64,000 bases of DNA from Planctomycetota bacterium (GCA_016235825.1 JACRIL010000102.1:751-64750); one strand, 5' to 3'; positions 17,360 through 27,912 are shown, counted from the stretch's first letter. Numbers and translations are program-made. Notes: generated by a model from the sequence alone, not told the origin.

Positions 17360-17570
17360 CCTGTCAGCCCGTTAGGGCGTTTGCCAGTAGCCCCGTCCCG
17401 GAGTGAAGCGGAGGGCGGGGTATCCGGCGTCATACAATTCGAGCCCCTTGCGGGCGATTGAATGCAAAGATCCTTCCCAGGGTTTCGCTTCATCCGCCTG
17501 AAGGCGGACTTCGCTCCACTCTGGGCTACTATCAAACGCCATCTGTCGGGCTGAAAACAACTGTTCCAGG
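17360..17570. repeat. head-to-head pair of family C repeats
   Basis: 17360..17475 is co-linear with 4081..4192. 17476..17570 is the reverse complement of the CTGTTTTCAGCCCG…AGTAGCC…hairpin module. Confidence 0.65.
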
Positions 17571-17615
17571 CAAAATGCTCGAATCCTGCTCGCATAACAT
17601 GAGCCTTTTAGATTC

Positions 17616-18386
17616 TCAGACGGAAACATCCGGCGCCAGGGCGAATCCGCCGTCCAGGCGGACCAGGCTTCCCGTCATGTATGATGCGTCGTCGCCGGCC
17701 AGAAACGCCGTGAGCCTGGCTGCCTCGGCGGATTCACCTGCCCGGCCCAGCGGAATCGTTCGGGCGACCCGTGCGGCGATCATCTCGGGCGAGTAGAATT
17801 CGCGTTCGCCCTCGGTGTCGAACCAGCCCAGGATGATCCCATTGACTCGTATGCGGTCCTTCGCGCAGGCCACGGCAAGATGCCTGACCATGTGATTCAG
17901 CGCCGCCTTGGTCAGCGCGTAGGCGAAGGCCGTCGGGTTCACCAACTCGCCCTGGTTGGAGCTGTGGATCACGATGCTTCCGCCGCCCCCGGCGGCCCGG
18001 CGGGCGCCGATGAACAGCCTGGCCAGCCGAAAGTTGCCCATGACGTTGATCCGGAACGTCCGCTCCATCAGTTCAAGGTCGGTCTGATCGACCGTCGCCT
18101 TCTTCTGGTAGGCGGCATTGAGCACCAGCGAATCAATCGGGCCGTCGGCTGTCGCTCGCGCCCACATTGATTCAACCGCCCCGCCGTCGCCCATATCGGC
18201 CCTGGCCAGTTCGGCCCGGCCGCCCGCGGCGCGGATGGCATCGCGGGTCTCGGCGGCGGCCTGGTCGTTGCTGGCGTAGTTGACGAAGACCGTGGCGCCC
18301 CGCGAGGCCAGCAGTTCCGCGCAGGCCCGGCCGATGCCCCGGCTGCCGCCGGTTATCAGAACGCGCTTGTTTTTCCAGTCAGCCAT
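17616..18386 (-). CDS. SDR-family oxidoreductase
   Basis: VLITGGSRGIGRA…NAA…YALTKAA motifs. Confidence 0.85.
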   Translation of the reverse strand: MADWKNKRVLITGGSRGIGRACAELLASRGATVFVNYASNDQAAAETRDAIRAAGGRAELARADMGDGGAVESMWARATADGPIDSLVLNAAYQKKATVDQTDLELMERTFRINVMGNFRLARLFIGARRAAGGGGSIVIHSSNQGELVNPTAFAYALTKAALNHMVRHLAVACAKDRIRVNGIILGWFDTEGEREFYSPEMIAARVARTIPLGRAGESAEAARLTAFLAGDDASYMTGSLVRLDGGFALAPDVSV

Positions 18387-18643
18387 TCCCGGATTAACCT
18401 CCGTCCGGGTTCGCCCCGGACGCCGGATGATATTGTATGTATTTCCGCGGATTCAACAAGCCGCCGCGCCGATCTCGTCGCTCTGGAAGCGGGCAATCGC
18501 CGGCGCCGGCCGGATTCGTTCCTGAGGGGATGTCCCTGAAAAATAGTGTATTCCGCGATTAAAACGGTATAATGCCGGCCTGCGTTTCCCCACGCGCCAT
18601 TTTGAACGGGCCGGCCTTTCCCGGCCCTGGAAAGGAGAACAAC

Positions 18644-19489
18644 ATGTACGTCGCGGTTCACAGTTGGAGTTTTCGCGAGCGTTTCAAGCAGGACAAGTCT
18701 TTCAACATCTTCCAGGCCATGGACATCGCCGCCAGGGCTGGGTTCAAGGGCATGGAGATCATGACGGGCAAGGCCAACATGCCGGTTGCCGACATAGGCG
18801 CCGACACAGTCGAGGGATTGAAGAAGGTCCTGGATTACGCGAAGAAATGCGGGCTGAAAATCCACAGCTACGCCACTTTCAACGACTTCGCCTACGTCAA
18901 GGACGAGACCTGGCGGCTGGCGAACATCGAGTACATCAAGAAGTGGCTGGGGCTGGCCGGCGATACCGGCGTGCCCAACATCCGCATGCTCACCGGCTAT
19001 TACGTAGAGGGCGAGGACCGCAAACGCCTTGAGGACATGACCCTCAAGGGGATCGAGGAATGCATTCCTGTGGCCGAGAAGGCCGGCGTGAACATGGCCA
19101 TCGAGAACCACAACTCGATCTTCATGAAGGGCGATGAGATCGCGGGGCTGATCAAACGTTTCGGCAGCAAACGTCTGACGGCCTGCCCAGACCCGTCGAA
19201 CGGCTGCCCCAAATTTTTCGACCCGGCCTGCACGCCGGAGGCACGCGACGGCGTCTACGAGAATCTCAAGGTCATGGCCCCTTACGCCACCGCCTCGCAC
19301 CTGAAGATTCGCGGCTTTAATCCCGACGGTTCGCTCCTGGGCTGGGACATGCCGCGTCTGCTGGGAATCTACCGCAAGGCGGGCTTCGACGGCTCGCTCA
19401 CATTCGAGTCTATCGTGGACGGCGACCTGATTGCCCCGCTGGCAAAGGCCCGCGAGGTGGTCGAGAAGGCCATCGCCGCGTCCGCATAA
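18644..19489 (+). CDS. sugar phosphate isomerase/epimerase (xylose-isomerase-like TIM barrel)
   Basis: Start at MYVAVHSW with a GGAAAGGAGAA RBS. Family-typical composition. TATAAT-like box at 18573. Confidence 0.8.
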   Translation: MYVAVHSWSFRERFKQDKSFNIFQAMDIAARAGFKGMEIMTGKANMPVADIGADTVEGLKKVLDYAKKCGLKIHSYATFNDFAYVKDETWRLANIEYIKKWLGLAGDTGVPNIRMLTGYYVEGEDRKRLEDMTLKGIEECIPVAEKAGVNMAIENHNSIFMKGDEIAGLIKRFGSKRLTACPDPSNGCPKFFDPACTPEARDGVYENLKVMAPYATASHLKIRGFNPDGSLLGWDMPRLLGIYRKAGFDGSLTFESIVDGDLIAPLAKAREVVEKAIAASA

Positions 19490-19502
19490 AAGGAACATAT
19501 CC

Positions 19503-20603
19503 ATGAGCGAGAAGAAAACTACCGGCGCGGTCATCGGCTGCGGCTCGATAAGCAAGATGCACCTGGGCTGCATGAAGGAGGCCGGATATCGCATCGGCGT
19601 GCTGTGCGACGTGGACGCCGGCCGGGCCGAGCAGATGAAACGTGACTTCGGCGACGAGCGGACCAGAGTCGTCACCAGTTTTGAAGAGGCCATCAGGGAC
19701 GCCGACGTGGACGTTGTGTCCGTCCTGACGCCGCCGGTGTTTCACGCCGGGCAGACCGTGGCCGCGCTCAACGCCGGAAAGTTCGTCTATTGCGAAAAGC
19801 CGGTGGTGCGAACCCTCAAGGAGTTCGACGCCATCTTCGCGGCCGAAAAATCGTCCGGCAAAGGCGCCTACTTCACGCCCGGCCGGATGCGAGGCGGCGA
19901 CACCCCGACCGTCCGGCAGTACGTCAACGACGGAGAATTCGGCGACATTTATCGCGTCGAGAGCAAGCACTGGCGGATGCGCGGCCGCAGCGGAGTGGAC
20001 ACGGGGCCGCACTGGTTCGCCGACAGCCAAAAGGCACTGGGCGGCATACTCGCCGACATGGGGCTGTACTTCATGGACCGGGCGTTCCACCTGACCGGCT
20101 GGCCGAAGATAACATCCGTCTCGGCCGTTACGTTCCGGCCGTTCCCCTACGACCTGCCGAGCGATGTCCCTTACGACGTGGAGGAGCACGCCCTGATTAT
20201 GGCCCGCACGGAAGGCAAGCTCACCTTCACCTTCGAGCTGGCGAACATGGCATATTTCGACGACTGGACCACCAACACCCTCATGATGCTGGGCAACAAG
20301 GGCGGCATGCACCTGCGGTCCGGCAGGACGGAGGAGTTCCGCTTCCTCACCGAAAAAGGCGCCCCCGGCAGATACATCGAGCACCGCATCAACTGGAAGG
20401 AAGGAAGAAAGACCGACACCATCATCTACGAGGAACTCGCCGCCGCTGTCCGCGGCACGGGCCAGGTCAAAACCGCCACCAGCAGCCGGGAGGCCCTGGT
20501 CCTGCACGAGGTAATGGCCATGACGTACATGTCCTCGCACAATCGCCGCGAAATCCGGCCCGAAGATCTCGACCAAAACGCCAATATCTTTATAAAGGCG
20601 TAA
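19503..20603 (+). CDS. Gfo/Idh/MocA-family oxidoreductase
   Basis: N-terminal AVIGCGSISKMH Rossmann motif and EKP motif (CEKPVV). Confidence 0.85.
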   Translation: MSEKKTTGAVIGCGSISKMHLGCMKEAGYRIGVLCDVDAGRAEQMKRDFGDERTRVVTSFEEAIRDADVDVVSVLTPPVFHAGQTVAALNAGKFVYCEKPVVRTLKEFDAIFAAEKSSGKGAYFTPGRMRGGDTPTVRQYVNDGEFGDIYRVESKHWRMRGRSGVDTGPHWFADSQKALGGILADMGLYFMDRAFHLTGWPKITSVSAVTFRPFPYDLPSDVPYDVEEHALIMARTEGKLTFTFELANMAYFDDWTTNTLMMLGNKGGMHLRSGRTEEFRFLTEKGAPGRYIEHRINWKEGRKTDTIIYEELAAAVRGTGQVKTATSSREALVLHEVMAMTYMSSHNRREIRPEDLDQNANIFIKA

Positions 20604-20643
20604 ACCAGTCACATATTTAGCACAAAATCAAGGGTGAGATATT

Positions 20644-20892
20644 ATGGAATGGACCGCGGAGATTATGACGGATCCTGCTCGGGATCATGAATTACACGTG
20701 GAACTCAGGCAAGATGAACTGTATCGCGCCCGTATCTATCAGGATGAACAAGGCAAAATACAATTGCAATTGTACGATGGAAAACCTGGAATATTACCTG
20801 TGGAATGGCTGACAGGAATTATTGATGGATTCAAAAATGATTTGCGGACCTCCGGCCAAAGCCGCATCAATAAAAATGGCGCCAATCCATGA
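20644..20892 (+). CDS. hypothetical protein (low-GC island)
   Basis: AAGGGTGAG RBS. 82 aa. No recognisable domain. Confidence 0.5.
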   Translation: MEWTAEIMTDPARDHELHVELRQDELYRARIYQDEQGKIQLQLYDGKPGILPVEWLTGIIDGFKNDLRTSGQSRINKNGANP

Positions 20893-20971
20893 TGCTTTTA
20901 CAAGTTAATGGATGCGAACTTTCTGGAGCCCTTTGGGCGATTGAAATGTATGGAAAGGAAAGGGATAAATA

Positions 20972-21808
20972 ATGGCTGGACAATCCACACAGATAGCGTT
21001 GTTTAAGGGCAAAGAAATCAGAAAAACAATTCACAATAATGAATGGTGGTTTTCGATAATTGATATTGTTGAGGCATTAACGGATTCAGGACGGCCTCGC
21101 AAATATTGGAGCGATTTGAAGAAAAAGCTCGTAAAAGAGGGCTATTCTGAAGTGTCCGAAAAAATCGGACAGTTGAAATTGATTTCGCCGGATGGGAAAT
21201 CCAGAACAACGGATTGTGCGGATACTGAGACGGTTTTCCGGATAATCCAGACAATACCCTCTCCCAAAGCCGAGCCGTTCAAGCGCTGGCTGGCCAAGGT
21301 CGGCTATGAACGCATTGCGGAAATAGAAGACCCTGAACTGGCGACCAAACGTGCCCGCGCGATATACAAGGCCAAGGGATATCCGGACGACTGGATCGAA
21401 AAGCGCATGCGGTCCATCGCCATTCGCGAGGAATTGACGGACGAATGGAAAAATCGGGGCGTCGCCGAGCAAAAAGATTACGCCATTCTCACAGCCGAAA
21501 TATCCAAGGCCGCTTTCGGCGTAACACCTTCGGAATACAAGAGGCTCAAAGGCCTCGAACGCCAGAATCTGCGCGACCACATGAACGACCTTGAGCTGAT
21601 TTTTTCAATGTTGGGCGAGGCCGCCACTACCGAAATCACCCGTAACCGCGACACGCAGGGATTTGATGAAAATAAGCGGGCCGCGGTAGATGGCGGTTCA
21701 GTCGCGGGAAATGCCAGAAAAGAACTGGAGGCAAAGTCAGGTAAAAAAGTGGTCTCCCGCCAAAATTATCTGCCGGAAAAAGCGGCAAAGAGGCTTCCGA
21801 AAAAATAA
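20972..21808 (+). CDS. DinD-like DNA-damage-inducible protein (Bro-N-like N-terminal domain)
   Basis: N-terminal …EIRKTIHNNEWWFSIIDIVEAL…YWSDLKKKL and central …RDHMNDLELIFSMLGEAAT recall E. coli DinD (…EIRHYGTEGQEFWSARELAPLL…, …LDHMGSTELAANLF…). Low GC, AAGGGA RBS. Confidence 0.7.
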   Translation: MAGQSTQIALFKGKEIRKTIHNNEWWFSIIDIVEALTDSGRPRKYWSDLKKKLVKEGYSEVSEKIGQLKLISPDGKSRTTDCADTETVFRIIQTIPSPKAEPFKRWLAKVGYERIAEIEDPELATKRARAIYKAKGYPDDWIEKRMRSIAIREELTDEWKNRGVAEQKDYAILTAEISKAAFGVTPSEYKRLKGLERQNLRDHMNDLELIFSMLGEAATTEITRNRDTQGFDENKRAAVDGGSVAGNARKELEAKSGKKVVSRQNYLPEKAAKRLPKK

Positions 21809-22101
21809 AACGGCTCATGGCGGCGGTCCATGCGTTGTCCAAGTCGGGGACTTGCGGAAATGGAAGACAAGTATTATGAGATCATGAACGATGCCGCTTC
21901 GGCCATGGATGCCGGCAATCTGACCGCCGCGCTGGGCATGCTCGACCAGCTCGTCGCCGCAAAGAGCTACGGCCCGCTTGCTCATCTTTTCCGCGCGGAG
22001 ATTCTTCTTCGGGCGGGTGGCGTGGCCGGTTTTATGCCAAATGGACTTTTTTCAACAGACTTGGGGTGTAAAAACAACGGATGAAAAGGTATTATTCGGC
22101 C

Positions 22102-23409
22102 ATGAATATGAGGCGAGACAAATCGGTTCGAGCGTTCGGCCGGGCGTGCAAGGTATTGGTGGGGGGGGTGGATTCGCCGGTGCGAGCGTTTGCGGCGGTG
22201 GGGGGCGGGCCGGCGTTTATCGAGCGGGCGGCCGGGCCGTTTGTTTACGATCTGGACGGCAATCGTTACATAGATTACGTCGGGACGTGGGGGCCGGCGA
22301 TCCTGGGCCATGCGCATCCGGCGGCGGTGGGGGCCATCGCGTCAGCGGTCCGGCGCGGCAGCAGCTTCGGCGCGCCCTGCCAGGCCGAGACGCGGCTTGC
22401 GACGCTCATCTGCCGGGCCTTCGGGTCGGTCAAAAAGGTGCGATTCGTCTCCAGCGGGACCGAGGCGGTGATGACGGCGGTGCGTCTGGCCCGCGGGGCG
22501 ACGGGGCGGGACAAGATAATCAAGTTCGCCGGATGCTATCACGGACATTCTGACGCCCTGCTCGTTGCGGCCGGCAGCGGGGCGACGACGCTGGGAATAC
22601 CGAGCAGCGCGGGCGTGCCGGCCGGGGCGGCAAGAGACACGCTGACCGCGCCGTACAACGATCCCGATGCGGTCGGGCGGCTGCTGAAAAAATTCCGCGG
22701 CAAGGTCGCGGCGGTGCTGGTCGAGCCGGCGGCGGGCAATATGGGCGTGGTCGCGCCGGCGAAAGGTTTCCTGAGCGGCCTGCGGAAACTGTGCGACAGG
22801 CACGGCGCGCTGCTAATCTTCGACGAGGTGATGACGGGCTTTCGGCTCGCACGCGGCGGGGCGCAGGAACTCTACGGCGTTCGGGCCGACATCACTACCT
22901 TGGGCAAGATCATAGGCGGCGGCATGCCGGTCGGGGCGGTCGGCGGGCCGGCCAAGATAATGGACAATCTCGCCCCGCTGGGCAGGGTGTACCAGGCCGG
23001 GACGCTCTCGGGCAATCCGGTCGCTATGGCCGCCGGCATCGCGACGCTGGAACTGCTGCAAAACAGGCGGGTTTACGCCGACATCGAGCGGGCGGGCCGG
23101 CGGCTTGAAACAGGCTTGCTCCGTGCGGCTGCCAGTGCCGGCCTGCGGGGCAAAATCTGCGTCAATCGCGTCGGCAGCATGATGACGGTTTTCTTCCGCG
23201 GGCCTCCGGTCCGCAACTACGCCGACGCCACAGGCTCCAACATCCGCGCCTTCGCCGAATTCTTCCACGCCATGGCCGATCAGGGCATTTATCTGCCGCC
23301 CAGCCAGTACGAGGCGTGGTTCATCTCGGCCCGCCACGGCCCGGCCTTGATAGATCGGACGATTCGCTCGGCGACAAAGGCCTTTACCCGAGCCGCCAGA
23401 TTGATGTAA
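22102..23409 (+). CDS. hemL: glutamate-1-semialdehyde 2,1-aminomutase
   Basis: GGVDSPVRAF, class-III aminotransferase fold, PLP lysine context (TLGKIIGGGMPVGA). Confidence 0.9.
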   Translation: MNMRRDKSVRAFGRACKVLVGGVDSPVRAFAAVGGGPAFIERAAGPFVYDLDGNRYIDYVGTWGPAILGHAHPAAVGAIASAVRRGSSFGAPCQAETRLATLICRAFGSVKKVRFVSSGTEAVMTAVRLARGATGRDKIIKFAGCYHGHSDALLVAAGSGATTLGIPSSAGVPAGAARDTLTAPYNDPDAVGRLLKKFRGKVAAVLVEPAAGNMGVVAPAKGFLSGLRKLCDRHGALLIFDEVMTGFRLARGGAQELYGVRADITTLGKIIGGGMPVGAVGGPAKIMDNLAPLGRVYQAGTLSGNPVAMAAGIATLELLQNRRVYADIERAGRRLETGLLRAAASAGLRGKICVNRVGSMMTVFFRGPPVRNYADATGSNIRAFAEFFHAMADQGIYLPPSQYEAWFISARHGPALIDRTIRSATKAFTRAARLM

Positions 23410-23486
23410 AATCCAACATGTCGGCCCGGCGGGGCTGGCGGAAGCATATCCGCCCGGCCGATAACATAAAGGAAGGTCGAACGACT

Positions 23487-24197
23487 ATGCCAAACGAGAC
23501 GGTATGCAAGCAGCATCTGGATGCGTTCCGGACTGCCAAGATCGCCAAGAATGTTATGTTCGGCCTGCTGCTGCTGGTGATGCTGGCCCAGATCGCCGGA
23601 TTCGCCCTGGTTTACTTCTTCGACGTGATCGACTATGCCCCGGAGCTCCAGAACAGGCTCTCAGCCAGGGCGGCGCCGACAAGCATGCCGGCCGTCCCGC
23701 CCGCGGCTAACGTGGAAGTCCGGGCCGGCGAGATTTACCTGCTGCTCAAGTGGGGCCTGCACGTCAGCCGGATGCTGGCGTTTTTCTGCAGCATCCTGTT
23801 CTGCCTTGTCCTGCTGCTGTACGTCAACCTGTCGATTGTAAGCCGCCTGGGCGACATGGCGGGATTCATCAGCGCTTTCTTCTGGTCGCTGGTGCTCCTG
23901 GCCGTTCTGATGCCGTGGTACAAGCTGTTTCCGACCGAACTGGCCCAGGGAGCGCTGTTCAATCTGGAAGACCTTATAGAGCAGACCCGCAACGTGAAGA
24001 ATTCCTGGACGGCCGGCCGGGCCATTCCGCCTGAGCAGTTGATTCTCTATTTCACGCGGTTTGCGGCCTATCCGCTTTTCGCCCTGATCGTGCTGCTGGT
24101 CTGCCAGTGCCGGTTCATGCACGGCTACAAGCCGATCGGACAGCTTGTCCGAGGCCAGTCGGACGAACCGACGACCCAGGCTGGGGTTTCGCTTTAG
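23487..24197 (+). CDS. hypothetical polytopic membrane protein
   Basis: AAGGAAGG RBS. 4 predicted TM helices. No recognisable motif. Confidence 0.6.
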   Translation: MPNETVCKQHLDAFRTAKIAKNVMFGLLLLVMLAQIAGFALVYFFDVIDYAPELQNRLSARAAPTSMPAVPPAANVEVRAGEIYLLLKWGLHVSRMLAFFCSILFCLVLLLYVNLSIVSRLGDMAGFISAFFWSLVLLAVLMPWYKLFPTELAQGALFNLEDLIEQTRNVKNSWTAGRAIPPEQLILYFTRFAAYPLFALIVLLVCQCRFMHGYKPIGQLVRGQSDEPTTQAGVSL

Positions 24198-24228
24198 GCG
24201 TCTCCCCGGCCCCGGATGGAACCAACAA

Positions 24229-25131
24229 ATGCCCGCCAGAACAGCCAATCCGGGATCCCAGAGAGCGACGAAAATCGCGAGATTCTGCGCGTTGGCGGCG
24301 ATGGGTTTTTCTCTGCCGGGCTGTCCGCCGCCTTATGGCCCGAATTCCAATCCCGCGGCCCAGACCCGCCCGGGCGACGAATCGCCGGGAGCCCGGGAGG
24401 ACGGCGGCGAGCGGTCGAAGATCGCCGCGGGGCAGGGCTTCCTCTTCGAGATAGTGCTCAAGACCACCGTCGTCGAGGCGCCGGCCGGGACGATCAGCTC
24501 GTCGGAGGACATCTGGAGCTACGTTGACGAGGAACCTGTCAGCGGGCGGGCGTCGGGCCTGCTGGGCAGGAACGGAATTCGCGCCGGCGTCGGGCCCAGC
24601 GAGAATTGGCCTCGGGTTGCCGCGGTCCTGAATCGACTGGCGGGCAAGCCCCTGAGACATTCGATAAGCACCGTCTTTCCGGGCGACAGGACCTCGCTGC
24701 CGGCCGTCGTTTACGACCAGCCTCAGACCATTTTCATGTTCCGCGGCGACCTGACGCTCATGGGGGCCGACTACCCGGCCGGGGAATACTCATTCAATCT
24801 GGCCGCATGGCTCGACCAGGACGACCCGGGCCGCCTGATACTGGCTTTCTGTCCGAAGGCGGTCTCGGCCAAACGCGAGTCGCAGTTCGTCCCGGGGCCG
24901 CATGGAATGGAGATGATAACCCGTCCGGCGGAGCACATCCTGGACCAGACGGCCTTCAATCTGGCCATGAGGTCCGGAGAATTTCTCGTGATAGGCCCCG
25001 GCTGGCAGGCGGCCAGGTCCGACAGCATCGGCGGGGTCTTTTTCACCCGCAAAACGAATGACATTCGCATGGAGACCGTTTACATTATTGTGCCGGAGAT
25101 AAAAGCCCGTCCGATTCAGCGCGGGGGCTGA
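24229..25131 (+). CDS. hypothetical lipoprotein
   Basis: Signal peptide with lipobox (AMGFSLPGC). Co-directional, 31 nt after the membrane protein gene. Confidence 0.55.
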   Translation: MPARTANPGSQRATKIARFCALAAMGFSLPGCPPPYGPNSNPAAQTRPGDESPGAREDGGERSKIAAGQGFLFEIVLKTTVVEAPAGTISSSEDIWSYVDEEPVSGRASGLLGRNGIRAGVGPSENWPRVAAVLNRLAGKPLRHSISTVFPGDRTSLPAVVYDQPQTIFMFRGDLTLMGADYPAGEYSFNLAAWLDQDDPGRLILAFCPKAVSAKRESQFVPGPHGMEMITRPAEHILDQTAFNLAMRSGEFLVIGPGWQAARSDSIGGVFFTRKTNDIRMETVYIIVPEIKARPIQRGG

Positions 25132-25170
25132 CAGGCCCGATCGGGCCGGCCGGCGCAAAAACCAGAAAAT

Positions 25171-26283
25171 ATGACCGGACAACCGAATCAGACAGGCCTG
25201 CCGGCGGATTCCTTCTGCCGCCAGTTGTTCCAGAATGTCCAGGTCGCCCTGGTCGCGGTGGACGCCGATTTCAACGTTACATGCTGCAACCAGACGGCGA
25301 GCATGCTTCTGGCCGTTGCGCCGCTCGACGCTGTAGGCAGGCCCGTCCACCAGCTCGTGCCCGAGAATTGCAGGAACCTGCTGGACAAGATGCTCCGTCG
25401 CGCGATGGCCCGGCGCGAGCCGGCGCAGTTTGACATGTCAATTCCGCTGCCGGACTCGCAAACCAGATGCCTGATGGCTGTGCTGTCGCCCATCCGCGAC
25501 GACCAGGACAGGGATGTCGGCGCGGCGATCTGGCTGGCGGACCGCACGGAAAGCAGGCGGATGGCCGAGCGGCTGGCAGCGGCTGACCGCATGGCCGCCA
25601 TCGCCGCCTTCGCAGGCGGGGTGGCTCATCACTTCAACAATATAATGGGCGCCATAACAACGTCGGTCGATCACGCCCTGACCAGCGGCGACTATTCGGC
25701 CATGCGCAAGGCTCTTCAGATAGCCGCCGACGGGACCGCGCGGGCCGCGAGGATAACGCAGGCGATGCTGGCCTTCGCCGAGCGCGACAGCAGGCGGTCC
25801 GAGCCGGCCGACTGCGCCGAGATACTGATAAACTTCTCCCGGCTGATCGAAAGGCCTCTGGCCAAGCGCAACATAAAGCTCGCGCTCGATCTCAAGCCGA
25901 CGCCCCCGGTCCGGCTGGACAGCAACCGTATGCACCAGATTCTGGGCAACCTGCTGACCAACGCCGAGGAGGCCATGCCGGCCGGCGGGCAGATTTCGCT
26001 CGGTCTGGACGCCGCCGGAGACGAGATCGTCGTTACCTTCGCCGACACCGGCTGCGGCATCAGGCCCGAACATCTCGGAAAGATATTCCAGCCGTTCTTC
26101 ACGACCAAAGGTCCGCTCCACGGCGGCAGCCAGAACAATCCGGGGCTGGGCCTGGCCATGGTGCACGGCATGGTCATGGACATGGGCGGAAGAATATTCG
26201 TCGAGTCCGAGCCGGACAGAGGCGCGAAGTTCTCCATGTTCTTCCCCGTCCGGCCCCGGCCCGCCGGCATGGAAGAAGACTGA
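25171..26283 (+). CDS. PAS-domain sensor histidine kinase
   Basis: H-box AAFAGGVAHHFNNIMGAI, N/G boxes (LTNAEEAMP…, GCGIRPEHLGKIFQPFFTTK…GLGLAMVHG). Confidence 0.8.
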   Translation: MTGQPNQTGLPADSFCRQLFQNVQVALVAVDADFNVTCCNQTASMLLAVAPLDAVGRPVHQLVPENCRNLLDKMLRRAMARREPAQFDMSIPLPDSQTRCLMAVLSPIRDDQDRDVGAAIWLADRTESRRMAERLAAADRMAAIAAFAGGVAHHFNNIMGAITTSVDHALTSGDYSAMRKALQIAADGTARAARITQAMLAFAERDSRRSEPADCAEILINFSRLIERPLAKRNIKLALDLKPTPPVRLDSNRMHQILGNLLTNAEEAMPAGGQISLGLDAAGDEIVVTFADTGCGIRPEHLGKIFQPFFTTKGPLHGGSQNNPGLGLAMVHGMVMDMGGRIFVESEPDRGAKFSMFFPVRPRPAGMEED

Positions 26284-26309
26284 CCGCGGCGAGGAACGTT
26301 CATCCTGCA

Positions 26310-27668
26310 ATGGCGGCATCGAAGGAAAATCGCGGCGATGCACCTCCGGAAAGGCTCAGGCCCAAACGTATCCTGCTGGAGTGCACATGGACATATCTTC
26401 ACGAGATCAACACCGGCATCGCCAGGGTGGTTCGCGGGATAGTCCGGAACGCACCGCAACTCTGCGAGCAATACGGAATTGCATGCCAGCCCGTGATCAT
26501 CCGGGCGGACGGATTTCAGGCCGTCGGCTCTTTGCCATCTGCCGGGTCCGGCCCGGCCGGCGGCATGGAAAAAAAGATAATCTCCCTGATCTCGCGGGCG
26601 GCCGGGACAGCGCCTGGCTTCAATTATTTTCTGACGCGGACTTCCCCGGGCCGCTTCATCCTGAAGCTGGGCGGCGGCATCGTGAAAACGGCTAAGGAGA
26701 TCGTCTTGTCGCTACTGCCTCGCGGCGGGCACGTCGAAGTTTCGCCCGACGATCTTGTCGTCATGCTCGATTCAAGCTGGAAGGCGTGCCCCTGGGATTA
26801 CATCGCCCGGCTCAGAAAAAATGGGGCCGTCGTCGCCGCCGTTCTTTACGACATGCTGCCCGTCCGGTTTCCCGGCTCCTTTTATCCGGACCTTGTGGAT
26901 GTCTACCGGAATTGGCTGTCGCGCGCGTGCGGGCATCACGATTTCTTCATGGCGATATCGGGCGCTACCCGCGACGATTTTCTCCGCTACATGAGCAAAA
27001 ACACGGGTTCGCCGCGGGCGCCCCGCGTGGAGGTCTTTCCGCTGGGCGCGGACTTGCATGGCAGTTTGGCGTCGGGCGCGGTCCGGCCGGTTTTTCAGGA
27101 TGTATTCCGCGGCGGAAGCAGGCCGTTCCTGATAGTCTGCACCCTGGAGCCGCGGAAAAACCACGCGTTTCTGCTGGACGCCTTCGACCTGGCCTGGAAG
27201 GAGGGCGTCGACGCCCGGCTGGTGATCGTCGGGAAGATCGGCTGGATGTGCGAGCCGCTCGTCGAGCGAATAAGAAAACATCCGCAATTCGGCCGGAACC
27301 TTTTCATGTTCAACGACGCCGGCGACGCCGAGGTCGCCTTCGCTTACGAAAATGCCCGGGCAATGGTCTTCCCTTCGGTAGCCGAGGGGTTCGGCCTGCC
27401 GATCATCGAATCGCTCAGCCGCGGGCTGCCCGTTCTGGCCAGCGACATCCCGGTTCATCGGGAGGTCGGCGGGCAGTATTGCACTTATTTTTCCCTCTTC
27501 TCGCCCCGCGAACTTGCGGATTTATTGATCCGATGCCTCAAGCAGGAAAATTTTCTGAAAGCCCCGCCGCCGGGACAGTTCAAATGGACGACCTGGCAGG
27601 AAAGCACGCGGATGTTTCTGGAAAAAATCCTGCGGGTCTGGGCGGAGAAGAAGGCCGGCCAGGCGTAG
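26310..27668 (+). CDS. glycosyltransferase, GT4 family
   Basis: C-terminal EGFGLPIIESLSRGLPVLASDIP motif of retaining GT-B enzymes. Confidence 0.8.
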   Translation: MAASKENRGDAPPERLRPKRILLECTWTYLHEINTGIARVVRGIVRNAPQLCEQYGIACQPVIIRADGFQAVGSLPSAGSGPAGGMEKKIISLISRAAGTAPGFNYFLTRTSPGRFILKLGGGIVKTAKEIVLSLLPRGGHVEVSPDDLVVMLDSSWKACPWDYIARLRKNGAVVAAVLYDMLPVRFPGSFYPDLVDVYRNWLSRACGHHDFFMAISGATRDDFLRYMSKNTGSPRAPRVEVFPLGADLHGSLASGAVRPVFQDVFRGGSRPFLIVCTLEPRKNHAFLLDAFDLAWKEGVDARLVIVGKIGWMCEPLVERIRKHPQFGRNLFMFNDAGDAEVAFAYENARAMVFPSVAEGFGLPIIESLSRGLPVLASDIPVHREVGGQYCTYFSLFSPRELADLLIRCLKQENFLKAPPPGQFKWTTWQESTRMFLEKILRVWAEKKAGQA

Positions 27669-27912
27669 CATGGGCGTCTCGCCCATGAGCATCACGGCCG
27701 TCCCGGCCGTGGCTTTTGTTGTTTTCCTGACTTTTCAGGGGCAAGACTTGTCCGGCGCAGCATTTGCGAAGCCGAAAGCACAGTGCGGGACATTGGGCGG
27801 TACAGCCTGCTTGCAGGCTGTGTAGCATAGTGCAAACAAATCGAGGCACCCGCGCGTGGCGACAGGTAAATCCCAATTCCCCCTACCTTGCGAATTCCGT
27901 GTCGCCGCGGTT

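Noticed and set aside
21830-22084. 84-aa ORF between the DinD-like gene and hemL
   Set aside because: There is no convincing RBS and it overlaps the hemL start. It is possibly a small helical protein, but the support is too weak to annotate.
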